IMG/VR virus record: IMGVR_UViG_3300005077_000044
Location: 1 to 39,622 of that record
From: a virus
Taxonomy: Duplodnaviria > Caudoviricetes
Direction: 5' to 3' (one strand)
DNA length: 39,622 bases
Part shown: in pieces, positions 27,360 to 35,569 of the stretch
Position numbering within the stretch: position 1 is the first letter of the stretch
Layout: the number at the start of each line of letters is the position of its first letter
Notes under the pieces: model-generated
The model's database searches: none
Told to the model about the DNA's origin: nothing
Seen by the model: the letters and a program-made list of their open reading frames with translations, nothing else
Program-made: the position numbers and the translations under genes

Positions 27360-30300
27360 TTATTGGCATTTAGAGTACCCACAATCCAAACACTCTGCAC
27401 ACCCCTCTTTATGTTCATATCTCCCATGACATTGAGGACACTCATCATAGAAGTTTGCATCACTCTTTTGTTCGGGGTTTAGATAGACATCCCACAGCAC
27501 CTTGGCAACTCCATCATAAATCGAAAGCACTTTCTTCCCTTCATCCCAAACAACATCCTTCCCAGCAATTCCGATTAGCTGTTCGTATATCATTTGAACC
27601 GACCCGCCAAGCTGCCAATTGAGACTCATCATCCTTCCGAGTGCTTCAGCATGAGCCTTTTTATTTCCGCCACTCTTACCAATCTCAACAAAGCATTCAA
27701 CCGGAACTCCATCCAGTTCGTTTATGGTGACATACATATTTCCTTCACCAGTCTTCACACAATCAGTCACTCCCTTCAACCGTTTCGGTCTTTTAATTCG
27801 ACGCAGTTCAGGAACAACTCCACCAAACTTAACCGGCTGAGTAGTGATACTTCCATCCCTATAGACAGTTACTCCCTTCAATCCTTGTTCATAAGCTGTC
27901 TGAATTATTTCTAGGATGGTATCGGCGGTGGCGGCGTTTGGGAGGTTCACGGTTGAACTAATAGAGTTCGTGACATATTTCTGGAGTCCCGCTTGCATTA
28001 AAACTCTATCAAGCCAATTAATGTCATGAGCGGTCTTCCAAAGCTGTTTGACTTCAAGTGGAATGTTTGAAATCCTTTGGATCGACCCACCATGCCGTTT
28101 CATTTCATTGATAAGATCTGGAGCGTACCACTTTTCGTTTTGATATTTCTTTTGGAAGTCTGGGTGCACGAAAGTCATTGTGTCACCAGTATCCGAAATC
28201 TTCTTTTCGTATACAATGGCGAACAATGGTTCCATTCCCGAACTACATTCGCATGAGATTGAAATCGATCCAGTCGGCGCGATGGTTGTAACTTGAGCAT
28301 TCCTGACTGGAACTGTTATTCCCCAAAGTTCCTCTAGCCTTTCTTTTGCATCTCCAAATTTGGTAAATGGTTGTATGATTCCACCTTCGGTGGGAGCTTG
28401 AGCTAACGCCATCGAAGCAGCCCAAGCTTCTTGAGTTACAAATTCCATTATGCGTCCAGCGGTTTCTCTAGCACTTGGAGAATCATATGGAAGGTTCAAC
28501 ATAAGTAAGGCATCAGCAAGACCCATAATACCTATTCCAATATTCCTTGTACTTAAAGCAACCTTCTGAAATTTCTCTGTCGGGTATTCACTTGCATCCA
28601 GCATTCCATCCAACATATAAGTAGTCAAACAAACTGTTGTTGCAAGATCATTCCAATTAATTTGCCCATCGATAATGTGAGCAGCAATATTAACACTGGC
28701 TAAATTGCATGAGCCATGGGGCATTAAAAATTGCTCGCCACAGTTCGCTGAAAGGATAGCGTCATTTGATCCGCAGCAAACGAAGTAGCGGTGAGTTTCA
28801 TCTACAGATCCATTATAAACCGGGGCTTTGATATCAAGCCTCTCAATGGAAACTACCTTGTGGTTCATTACTTCTTTGATTGGTTTACGCCAACCCAACC
28901 TGTGTGCGACTAAATATGGGCTACAATTGAAATGTTTTGCAATCTCTTTGTTTGACATTCCACTTGACTTCATTTGTTGGATCTTATTAGTGTCGATGTC
29001 TTCTCGAAAACGTCCATTTTTTTCACCATCAAACTTTAAACGTTTGAACGGGTTTCGCTCGTCCCCAACTCCATACATTGGATTTGATTCACCAAACATT
29101 TCCTTTGAGTTATGTTCGTAGTGATCTAATATTTCTAAGTTGGGGGGGATATTGTTTGAACGGTCCCCATCAATGTGATGTGCGTGCTCTTTTGGATAGC
29201 TTGGACGACTCCCTTCTTTCCATTCAAGAACGACATGATGCTCCATTACAGATTCAACTGAATTCTGTAACTTGAGGTACCCTTTTTGATTTGCTTTATA
29301 GCGGTAGACACTTCCAATTGAATCCCCCGCTCTCAAATCTTCAGCATGGATCTCTGATCCGTCTGACAGATGGAAAGTATGTTGAGGTGTACAGATTTGT
29401 GCTGATAGCTTCCCTTTTGCGTTCTTGAAGACCACCTTCATAACTTCTGCGTCGCTGGCGGTCTGTCTGATATTCCGCATAGTCCTAAACTTCAAGAGTC
29501 CGTTATCATCTTGAGTTAGTACTGGAATTTCTTTTCCAACAAGTTCATCAATTCGTTTAGGACCTTCAACGGTCCAAATCTTTGTACTACCAACCCAACA
29601 AGGATTACTTGAACGAATTGGTTCGGTAGGGATCGTATTAAATCGATTGACTCGATCAAGGAAGACTACTCCAGGATCACCGCATGCGTGGGCACACTCA
29701 GCAATACTTTTCAAAAGCGTTTGTGCATTTATCTTTGACTTAACGCTTCCATCGATTACACTTCGCAATTCCCAAATAGTATCGTCTTGAACCGCCTTCA
29801 TAAACGCATCAGTCAAGTTGATGGATATGTTTATGTTCGGTAAAGCTTCCATCGTTTTGAGTCTAATAACGTCGATGACATCTGGGTGCCCGACATCGAA
29901 TACCACCATAGCCGCTGCTCTTCGTGTCTTGCCACCAGACTTAATCGTCCCTCCCAATGAGTTAAGATGTCTAATGAAAGCAATTGGACCTGAGGATGTA
30001 CCTCCTGATGATAGTGGGCAATCCTTTTCACGAAGGTCTGAGAAGTTGGCTCCAATTCCACTACCCGCGAGGAACACTTCAGTTGCATCATCATAAAACC
30101 CTTTTATGCTACTCATGCTATCTTCTAGGCGCCCAACAAAGCAAGCTGAAGCTATTTGCTTTCGTTTACAACCCAGATTCATCATTGCAGGGGAGTTGAC
30201 CCTCATCTTGTTTTCAACTTGAATGCGAATAAACTCATCCAAATTTACTTTAAGATCCGGTCGTGCATTTACAATTGCATTAACAACCCTTCGAAAGACG

Positions 30301-30380
30301 TGGACAGGTTTAGTCTCTCCCTCGTCGTAGTATAGTTTTTTAAAGACATAGTCGGCATTAGGGCCTAACTTTTTGGACAT
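27360..30380 (-). CDS. nrdJ: Class II (adenosylcobalamin-dependent) ribonucleotide reductase containing an intein
   Basis: NSPAMMN, SACFV, GGKTRRAA, DPGVVFLDRVN, NP|C..CGE, CNLAS and TIAPTG motifs; C-terminal TSCPD region and zinc ribbon ending CGYSKC. Confidence 0.93.
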   Translation of the reverse strand: MSKKLGPNADYVFKKLYYDEGETKPVHVFRRVVNAIVNARPDLKVNLDEFIRIQVENKMRVNSPAMMNLGCKRKQIASACFVGRLEDSMSSIKGFYDDATEVFLAGSGIGANFSDLREKDCPLSSGGTSSGPIAFIRHLNSLGGTIKSGGKTRRAAAMVVFDVGHPDVIDVIRLKTMEALPNINISINLTDAFMKAVQDDTIWELRSVIDGSVKSKINAQTLLKSIAECAHACGDPGVVFLDRVNRFNTIPTEPIRSSNPCWVGSTKIWTVEGPKRIDELVGKEIPVLTQDDNGLLKFRTMRNIRQTASDAEVMKVVFKNAKGKLSAQICTPQHTFHLSDGSEIHAEDLRAGDSIGSVYRYKANQKGYLKLQNSVESVMEHHVVLEWKEGSRPSYPKEHAHHIDGDRSNNIPPNLEILDHYEHNSKEMFGESNPMYGVGDERNPFKRLKFDGEKNGRFREDIDTNKIQQMKSSGMSNKEIAKHFNCSPYLVAHRLGWRKPIKEVMNHKVVSIERLDIKAPVYNGSVDETHRYFVCCGSNDAILSANCGEQFLMPHGSCNLASVNIAAHIIDGQINWNDLATTVCLTTYMLDGMLDASEYPTEKFQKVALSTRNIGIGIMGLADALLMLNLPYDSPSARETAGRIMEFVTQEAWAASMALAQAPTEGGIIQPFTKFGDAKERLEELWGITVPVRNAQVTTIAPTGSISISCECSSGMEPLFAIVYEKKISDTGDTMTFVHPDFQKKYQNEKWYAPDLINEMKRHGGSIQRISNIPLEVKQLWKTAHDINWLDRVLMQAGLQKYVTNSISSTVNLPNAATADTILEIIQTAYEQGLKGVTVYRDGSITTQPVKFGGVVPELRRIKRPKRLKGVTDCVKTGEGNMYVTINELDGVPVECFVEIGKSGGNKKAHAEALGRMMSLNWQLGGSVQMIYEQLIGIAGKDVVWDEGKKVLSIYDGVAKVLWDVYLNPEQKSDANFYDECPQCHGRYEHKEGCAECLDCGYSKCQ
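28743..29600 (-). mobile_element. Intein (286 aa) with an HNH homing endonuclease, inserted at the NP|CGE active site
   Basis: Begins CWVGSTKI, block B CTPQHTF, HHIDGDRSNN HNH motif, block F VYNGSVDETHRYF, ends SAN|CGEQ. Confidence 0.9.
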
Positions 30381-30420
30381 AAAGCTCCCCCAAAGTTCTT
30401 TCTATTGTTTCGGATTTTAA

Positions 30421-31278
30421 TTAAAGACGTGAATATATTTCTACGAGTTGATTCCAGCGCTGAAAGATTAAGTGCCAACCCTTCTGTGCTGCATATCTTC
30501 GAGCGTTTTCGATTTCAAATTTGACTTCTTTTTCAAGGATGATCTCGCCTAAAACCAATTCTGCATCCTCGATTAACATTTCAAACTTCATTAACAACCA
30601 ATTACGTTTAACGATGTCTTTGGAGCGTACAATCGCTTTTAACCATTTGTCCTTGCATTCTTCCATATCAAACTCTGCATCCGCGATTGCTACTTTAACC
30701 AACTCAGAGCCATACTTATCCCAAAGCTCTCTGGCCCTCTTCTCTCCAATCCCCTCCACTCCAGGGATGTTATCACTACGATCTCCAATCAAACATCTTT
30801 GAAGGAGCATTGCATTTTGGTTTCCACCATACTCCAAAACAAGGTCCTTCTCCCCAACCAATCGCTTCGGCCTTGGCATCCAGATATTAACACCTTCTTT
30901 CAAACATTGCCAAAGGTCTTGATCTCCAGATATGATTGTTCCTTCCGCCTTCCGCGTCCATATCCAAATAAGATCGTCTGCTTCAAGGTCTGGCATCCTT
31001 CCCATAATAACCGGGAAGTGGGGAGCGAACTCTAGAACTTCTTTCTTGATCTCTGGCTTTTCATTTTGCCAATTACCAAGATTGAGTCTTCCTTTCTTGT
31101 ATTCGGGATATAAAGCCCTCCGCTTTCCTTTCCTATCATCCCAAGCTATCGCGACTCTCCCTACTTCAAACCTTTCCGCATAGCTTGCAACCTCCAACCA
31201 AAACGTTTGAACAACTTCCGGTCCCCTAAAATATAAGTAGGCAAGTAGATAATCACCATCAACGAAAAGCCATTTCAT
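30421..31278 (-). CDS. 5'-3' exonuclease / flap endonuclease (PolA N-terminal-like)
   Basis: VDGD, YPEYKKGR, EADD, SGDQD and GDRSDNIPGVEGIGEK motifs. Confidence 0.93.
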   Translation of the reverse strand: MKWLFVDGDYLLAYLYFRGPEVVQTFWLEVASYAERFEVGRVAIAWDDRKGKRRALYPEYKKGRLNLGNWQNEKPEIKKEVLEFAPHFPVIMGRMPDLEADDLIWIWTRKAEGTIISGDQDLWQCLKEGVNIWMPRPKRLVGEKDLVLEYGGNQNAMLLQRCLIGDRSDNIPGVEGIGEKRARELWDKYGSELVKVAIADAEFDMEECKDKWLKAIVRSKDIVKRNWLLMKFEMLIEDAELVLGEIILEKEVKFEIENARRYAAQKGWHLIFQRWNQLVEIYSRL

Positions 31279-31281
31279 TGT

Positions 31282-31479
31282 TTAAAAACCTTTCTTAACT
31301 CTTTTCCCTTCAACCACCCTATCAATCACTTTGTCTAAGATGTCTTGATGTGCTTTTTGAACCTTTAGTTCCATCATATCAACCTTCTCACATGCTTTTG
31401 AAATTTTCCTATCCAACCTCCAAAATACAAAGACCAACCCAACCAACAAGATAAAATTTACTAAAGGCATTTTATCCAT
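31282..31479 (-). CDS. Small single-pass membrane protein
   Basis: N-terminal TM helix and coiled-coil tail; tightly packed operon. Confidence 0.65.
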   Translation of the reverse strand: MDKMPLVNFILLVGLVFVFWRLDRKISKACEKVDMMELKVQKAHQDILDKVIDRVVEGKRVKKGF

Positions 31480-31654
31480 TATCTCCCCCCATCCAATCTA
31501 ATTTATCAAGTACTTTTGATAAAGCTTCTTCCGCTACCCTTTTATGATTGTTTTCAAGCGATTCAATTTTATGACTTAGTTTAACAACAATCATAATAAG
31601 CCAAGCGATCGACCCTAACTTTAACAAACTAAGAAACACAAAAGGTAGTAACAT
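31472..31654 (-). CDS. Small single-pass membrane protein
   Basis: TM helix and coiled-coil; overlaps the next gene. Confidence 0.6.
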   Translation of the reverse strand: MLLPFVFLSLLKLGSIAWLIMIVVKLSHKIESLENNHKRVAEEALSKVLDKLDWMGGDNG

Positions 31655-31707
31655 CCAAACCTAAATTGCTTCATGAGAACATAAGGTAGCAATCGTCCCA
31701 TCCATCC

Positions 31708-31989
31708 CTACTCCCTCCCCTCCAATTTATCAATCCTTTTATAGATGTCTTGAATCTTCTCCATCTTTGAATCCATTGTTTGGAATTGCTCTTGAACCGC
31801 TTTATCAATTGCCCTAAACCCCCAAACAAAATAAACTACCATAAAAAGAATGATAACCATTAGGGCCGCTTCCAATATAGTCCACAGCAAACGAATGTCT
31901 CTATATTCATCTAACTTTTGAACCAACCAAGCAAGAAAGGGAATGTGTTCAACATTCGTAGGAGGCAAGAGAGGTACAGGTGAGTTCAT
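31708..31989 (-). CDS. Small single-pass membrane protein
   Basis: TM helix and coiled-coil. Confidence 0.65.
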   Translation of the reverse strand: MNSPVPLLPPTNVEHIPFLAWLVQKLDEYRDIRLLWTILEAALMVIILFMVVYFVWGFRAIDKAVQEQFQTMDSKMEKIQDIYKRIDKLEGRE

Positions 31990-31990
31990 T

Positions 31991-32173
31991 CTACTTTTCC
32001 TTCTCCTTGAACTTTTTATTGATCTTTTGAATTTCCAGGAATAATTTGATTACTGTCACTCCTAAAACAAAAAGCACTACAACTTCTCCAACGTCCAAAA
32101 AGAACCTATGCATCTTTCCGGGCTCGTGGGCACAAACAAACGTCTGAACTTCATCCCAAAACATTCCAACCAT
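31991..32173 (-). CDS. Small single-pass membrane protein
   Basis: GGAGG RBS; TM helix and basic tail. Confidence 0.65.
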   Translation of the reverse strand: MVGMFWDEVQTFVCAHEPGKMHRFFLDVGEVVVLFVLGVTVIKLFLEIQKINKKFKEKEK

Positions 32174-32196
32174 CCTCCAACAACAAGAAACAATAA

Positions 32197-32445
32197 CTAT
32201 TCTTCTTCCAATTTGTCATCCATTAGCGGAAAGTTTTGCAATATGTGCCCAGCCGCCAAAGTTAGGGATTGATAAACCTCTATGGGATTCCCATAAAAGA
32301 AAAACTCTTGAGACCCATCTTCCAACCCAACCACCGTCGTTATAAAAGCCACCTTCCTCTTCTTAACTTCTTCAATCCTATCAAAGATAGCTTCCAAATC
32401 CCTATCCATCAACCTAACAACCTTCCCCATCTCCATCCCTCCCAT
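32197..32445 (-). CDS. Hypothetical protein
   Basis: Operon packing and strand bias consistent with neighbours; start uncertain. Confidence 0.6.
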   Translation of the reverse strand: MGGMEMGKVVRLMDRDLEAIFDRIEEVKKRKVAFITTVVGLEDGSQEFFFYGNPIEVYQSLTLAAGHILQNFPLMDDKLEEE

Positions 32446-32656
32446 CTTCTTCCATTTTCAAAAAACTATTAGCTTCCTCCAAAGTCAACTCTCCAACCAA
32501 GTCCCAATACAATCTATAAATAGCTTCCTTCTCCTTCTTCAAACAACAAGTCTCCCCAACCGCCAACCTCCTATTAACATCCTTCATCCTACCTTCCAAA
32601 TAAACTTTAAGAGTACTAACTGCAATCGCATCCATCCGAACCATAACGTCCTCCAA
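32414..32656 (-). CDS. Hypothetical protein
   Basis: Operon packing; the start may be the downstream ATG after GGAGG. Confidence 0.55.
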   Translation of the reverse strand: MEDVMVRMDAIAVSTLKVYLEGRMKDVNRRLAVGETCCLKKEKEAIYRLYWDLVGELTLEEANSFLKMEEDGRDGDGEGC

Positions 32657-32740
32657 TAAAAAAACCCCAACCCCTCCACTTTTTCAAAACCATTCTATAA
32701 TATAGTATTAGTAACTATATATATATCTATACAAATCTAT

Positions 32741-33016
32741 TTACTGCTTAGTATGTATTCTATAATTAGAGGATATAGAAACCTTTTCCAAAGTCTCAAA
32801 GTAATCATCTATAACTGCAGTAACGTAATATAGCATCTTCTCAACTTCACCAGGATCTAGTTCTTTAGGATCAAAGAATAAATTAATACAGCCAAACGCA
32901 GTCCCTGGAAGGACAAGCGGTCGGCTGGCAAACACGGCATCATGGACTGTCAAGGCATCTTTTTCTTTAGACATAACGTCTCTCCTTATTCTGAGCTTTG
33001 GATTATAAGTTGACAT
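32741..33016 (-). CDS. Hypothetical protein
   Basis: ORF; the internal ATG (MSKEK) preceded by AAGGAG is the likelier start. Confidence 0.55.
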   Translation of the reverse strand: MSTYNPKLRIRRDVMSKEKDALTVHDAVFASRPLVLPGTAFGCINLFFDPKELDPGEVEKMLYYVTAVIDDYFETLEKVSISSNYRIHTKQ

Positions 33017-33103
33017 GTAACCACTACGAAAGTTCTGCTTTTGAAAGACCTTTCTTCCTTTTTACTTTAGCCTTCAACTGTGCCCTTGTCTGTAACAACC
33101 CAG

Positions 33104-33204
33104 TGAACGAAACTACACTTCGCTAATGTCCCACTTCATAAGACATGAACGAAACTACACTTCGCTAATGTCCCACTTCATAAGACATGAACGAAACTAC
33201 ACTT
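33104..33204. repeat. 42-bp tandem repeat, 2.4 copies (non-coding, iteron-like)
   Basis: TGAACGAAACTACACTTCGCTAATGTCCCACTTCATAAGACA at 33104 and 33146, with a partial copy at 33188. Confidence 0.9.
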
Positions 33205-33309
33205 TGCAACTTAGGCCGCTTTGCAGCCAGGTTGACTGCCTCGTGTTGTAGCGCAATGTGCTCCAGACCCCTAGTTACCCCACTTTGAGGGGCTCTCCAA
33301 CCAGACCAC

Positions 33310-33425
33310 ATTAATATTTAAATATATAGTAAAATATATAGTATATATAAGGTTTATATGTATAATGGGAGGTTATTTACGTATATATAATATATGTAAA
33401 TACCACTAAAATCGCGTATTTTAAC
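33310..33425. promoter_or_regulatory. AT-rich divergent promoter / unwinding region
   Basis: Very AT-rich tract with TATAAT hexamers between divergent gene blocks. Confidence 0.5.
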
Positions 33426-33446
33426 ACGGGTAAAAAGGAGAATATC

Positions 33447-33701
33447 ATGGAATTCGTGGTATGTAACGGTATGGATCTTATCGGTATGTTGGTGCTTTTA
33501 ATGGTCTTTTCCCTCTTTGTTGAGAGTGCTTTTGAGGGGTTTTTGTGGTTGATTGGGTTTGTTTTAATGGCGGTTTTGCTGGGTATGATTGCTATTCCGT
33601 TCGTGGTTACTATGGGGTTTTTAGGAGTATTATACGGTATTGTATTCCTAGGAATCCTGTGTATCATCGTGTTATTTGGGTATTCGGTATTCACTTTATA
33701 G
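33447..33701 (+). CDS. Highly hydrophobic small membrane protein
   Basis: AAGGAG RBS; almost entirely hydrophobic, 84 aa. Confidence 0.65.
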   Translation: MEFVVCNGMDLIGMLVLLMVFSLFVESAFEGFLWLIGFVLMAVLLGMIAIPFVVTMGFLGVLYGIVFLGILCIIVLFGYSVFTL

Positions 33702-33712
33702 GGGGTATTACA

Positions 33713-34051
33713 ATGAAATTCGCGTTTATTCCGTGTACTGTATTGAGCGAATGGCTCAATGTTTTTCCGTCTGAGGCCATGAATGCGGTGAGAAAAGACA
33801 TGGGTGCCGTGAGTGTAGAATACCACAAACGGTGTGTAAATGATAACCATGTCTTCGAAATTAACGGCCCGATTCCACCCGTTAGACGGTGTGAATGCTG
33901 TGACTATAATGGTGAAAGCATTGCCGAATATAGCCACGTCGTTGTTGATTTCGGTGAGAGATCCTCACTTTATAGGGACGACCTTGACCAGAAAAAGGTG
34001 AAGGAGATGGCTAGTCCCTTTGCTATAACCGGGTGGTGGTGCCTCGGTTAA
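33713..34051 (+). CDS. Hypothetical protein
   Basis: ATG 33713 preceded by AGGGGG, just after the previous stop. Confidence 0.6.
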   Translation: MKFAFIPCTVLSEWLNVFPSEAMNAVRKDMGAVSVEYHKRCVNDNHVFEINGPIPPVRRCECCDYNGESIAEYSHVVVDFGERSSLYRDDLDQKKVKEMASPFAITGWWCLG

Positions 34052-34389
34052 AGGAAGGTATAGGTGTATACCTGTAATACTATGTATCTGAGCTTTGTAC
34101 AAGGCTTGCAAGTACTAACCCCCATATATGCCCCGGACCATCGGGGCCATGAAGGCTAGTTAAAGGTAGACACTTGGTTAGTATTAGTAAAAGTTGTTTA
34201 CCTTTAACTAGTTGATTTTATTAGTGCGAGGATTTTCCTTGCCTTCTTTTTATTGTATTTCTGTATATACGAAATACCATATCATCTAGTCCAGGTGAGG
34301 ACTAGGGGCCGGGCCATCAGGGCCATAGCATATATGCCCCAGGGTATTTCATATGTACATATCCAACTAACCCCCTAAAGGAGATTACA

Positions 34390-34536
34390 ATGGATGTTAG
34401 AACAGGATCCCCCTGGGTACTACGCCCAGGGGAAACGGTAGCGGTAATCGGACACGAAGGGGAGTTCGCCCTCGTAGCAAGAGTTAACCCCGCAGCGAAG
34501 GCGGAGAGAGAAATCGGAACCTTCACCTCCATTTGA
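34390..34536 (+). CDS. Small hypothetical protein (48 aa) or structured RNA
   Basis: AAAGGAG RBS and ATG, but the segment also folds into several stems. Confidence 0.35.
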   Translation: MDVRTGSPWVLRPGETVAVIGHEGEFALVARVNPAAKAEREIGTFTSI

Positions 34537-34597
34537 CCTGATTAGAAGGGATTGACCCATTCAATTGACCCCATCAGAAGATTGGGTGAATGGGCAT

Positions 34598-34613
34598 ATG
34601 GTCAATTGACCAT
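34598..34613. promoter_or_regulatory. Perfect 16-bp palindrome, operator-like
   Basis: ATGGTCAATTGACCAT directly upstream of the RBS of the 34629 gene, with further TTGACC copies at 34533, 34552 and 34565. Confidence 0.45.
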
Positions 34614-34628
34614 CTTCGGAGGTGCTTT

Positions 34629-35123
34629 ATGTTGGATGTTTATTTTGACTGCTCAACAGGGCAGGAAGCAGTGGACCTTTTGGGTCGTAGGTTGGGAGGC
34701 ACCAAGCATGAGATCCGCGCGAACAGTTTGGTCAGTGAGGCAGTAGCGGAGCTAAGGAAGCTTCGTGAAGAAGGCGTCAGGCCTTCTTCAATTGCATACC
34801 GGTTAAGGTGGTGGCTGTATGAAAGGCTGGCCACTGTTCCGTTCACCCAATCTTTTTATCTTAATGGCACTCCAGCCACCCTAGTAGGTATCAGGGAAGT
34901 AATGGAACGGGACGACTATGACTATGACGACCAGCAGTATTGGGTTGTGTGTCCAATCTGTGGCCGGGAGTTCGTCACTTACTCAGATTGTGTACCAATA
35001 TGTTGTGAGGTTGAAGTCCACAGTCATACAATAGGGACTGAGGAGTGGTTCCAGGAAAGGGGTTTAACGCCGTGGGAAACTTTAGCGGCGAAGACTCAAT
35101 TAGGGGTCGAGGATGGGTACTAG
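34629..35123 (+). CDS. Hypothetical protein with a C-terminal zinc-ribbon-like motif
   Basis: GGAGGTG RBS; CPICG...CC. Confidence 0.65.
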   Translation: MLDVYFDCSTGQEAVDLLGRRLGGTKHEIRANSLVSEAVAELRKLREEGVRPSSIAYRLRWWLYERLATVPFTQSFYLNGTPATLVGIREVMERDDYDYDDQQYWVVCPICGREFVTYSDCVPICCEVEVHSHTIGTEEWFQERGLTPWETLAAKTQLGVEDGY

Positions 35124-35149
35124 AATTAGAATAAAAGGAGGAAGTACAA

Positions 35150-35470
35150 ATGGCTGCAAAGGTTATTAGCAAACCCCAAGAGCCCGTAGAGCCGGTGTTT
35201 AAGATCTACGGGAAGGGCGGCGGCTGGTTTACGGCCGCCGAGGTCGTGGGACGCTTTGCCGAGTATGACTTTGGCGAGGTCTCCCTTCCCTGGACTTTTG
35301 GGTCGCTTAGCGAGCACCCCAGGATCCAGGAAGAGCTCCAGAAGTTCAAGGAGCGGAAGGATCGGGAACGGGCTGAGGCCCCCGCTCGCGCCCAGGAGCA
35401 GAGGCGGCTTGAAGCTAAGGCCAAATGGGATCGCAACAAGAAGGAAGCGGCCCGTAGGATGAGGAAGTAG
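35150..35470 (+). CDS. Hypothetical protein with a charged coiled-coil C-terminus
   Basis: AAGGAGG RBS. Confidence 0.7.
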   Translation: MAAKVISKPQEPVEPVFKIYGKGGGWFTAAEVVGRFAEYDFGEVSLPWTFGSLSEHPRIQEELQKFKERKDRERAEAPARAQEQRRLEAKAKWDRNKKEAARRMRK

Positions 35471-35482
35471 GCTTATAAAACC

Positions 35483-35558
35483 GCCAAACGAAAATAGAGA
35501 GACTGCTCAGGAGGACAGTCTCTCTATTCGCCGTATTAATCGGCCTGAAGAGTTTGGT
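35483..35558 (+). ncRNA. Hammerhead ribozyme, type II
   Basis: GCCAAAC-GAAA, 13-bp stem III (35493-35505/35516-35528), C17 (UUC, cut after 35529), stem I GCCG/CGGC, CUGAAGA, then GUUUGGU pairing back to GCCAAAC. All core nucleotides and the G10.1-C11.1 pair are present, and the element is intergenic. Confidence 0.88.
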
Positions 35559-35569
35559 AACGAAAGGAG

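Noticed and set aside
33104-33204. Possible CRISPR mini-array (17-bp repeat plus 25-bp spacers)
   Set aside because: The would-be spacers are identical, so this is a plain 42-bp tandem repeat.
33310-33425. Host assignment (archaeal TATA boxes versus bacterial -10 elements)
   Set aside because: The tract is so AT-rich that both motifs arise by chance, so it is not diagnostic.
33377-33937. 186-aa minus-strand ORF, and the many other short antisense or alternate-frame ORFs in the track
   Set aside because: They are shadows of RBS-supported genes on the other strand or frame and have no recognisable motifs.
35493-35528. Intrinsic terminator hairpin
   Set aside because: It has no U-tract and is better explained as stem III of the hammerhead ribozyme.
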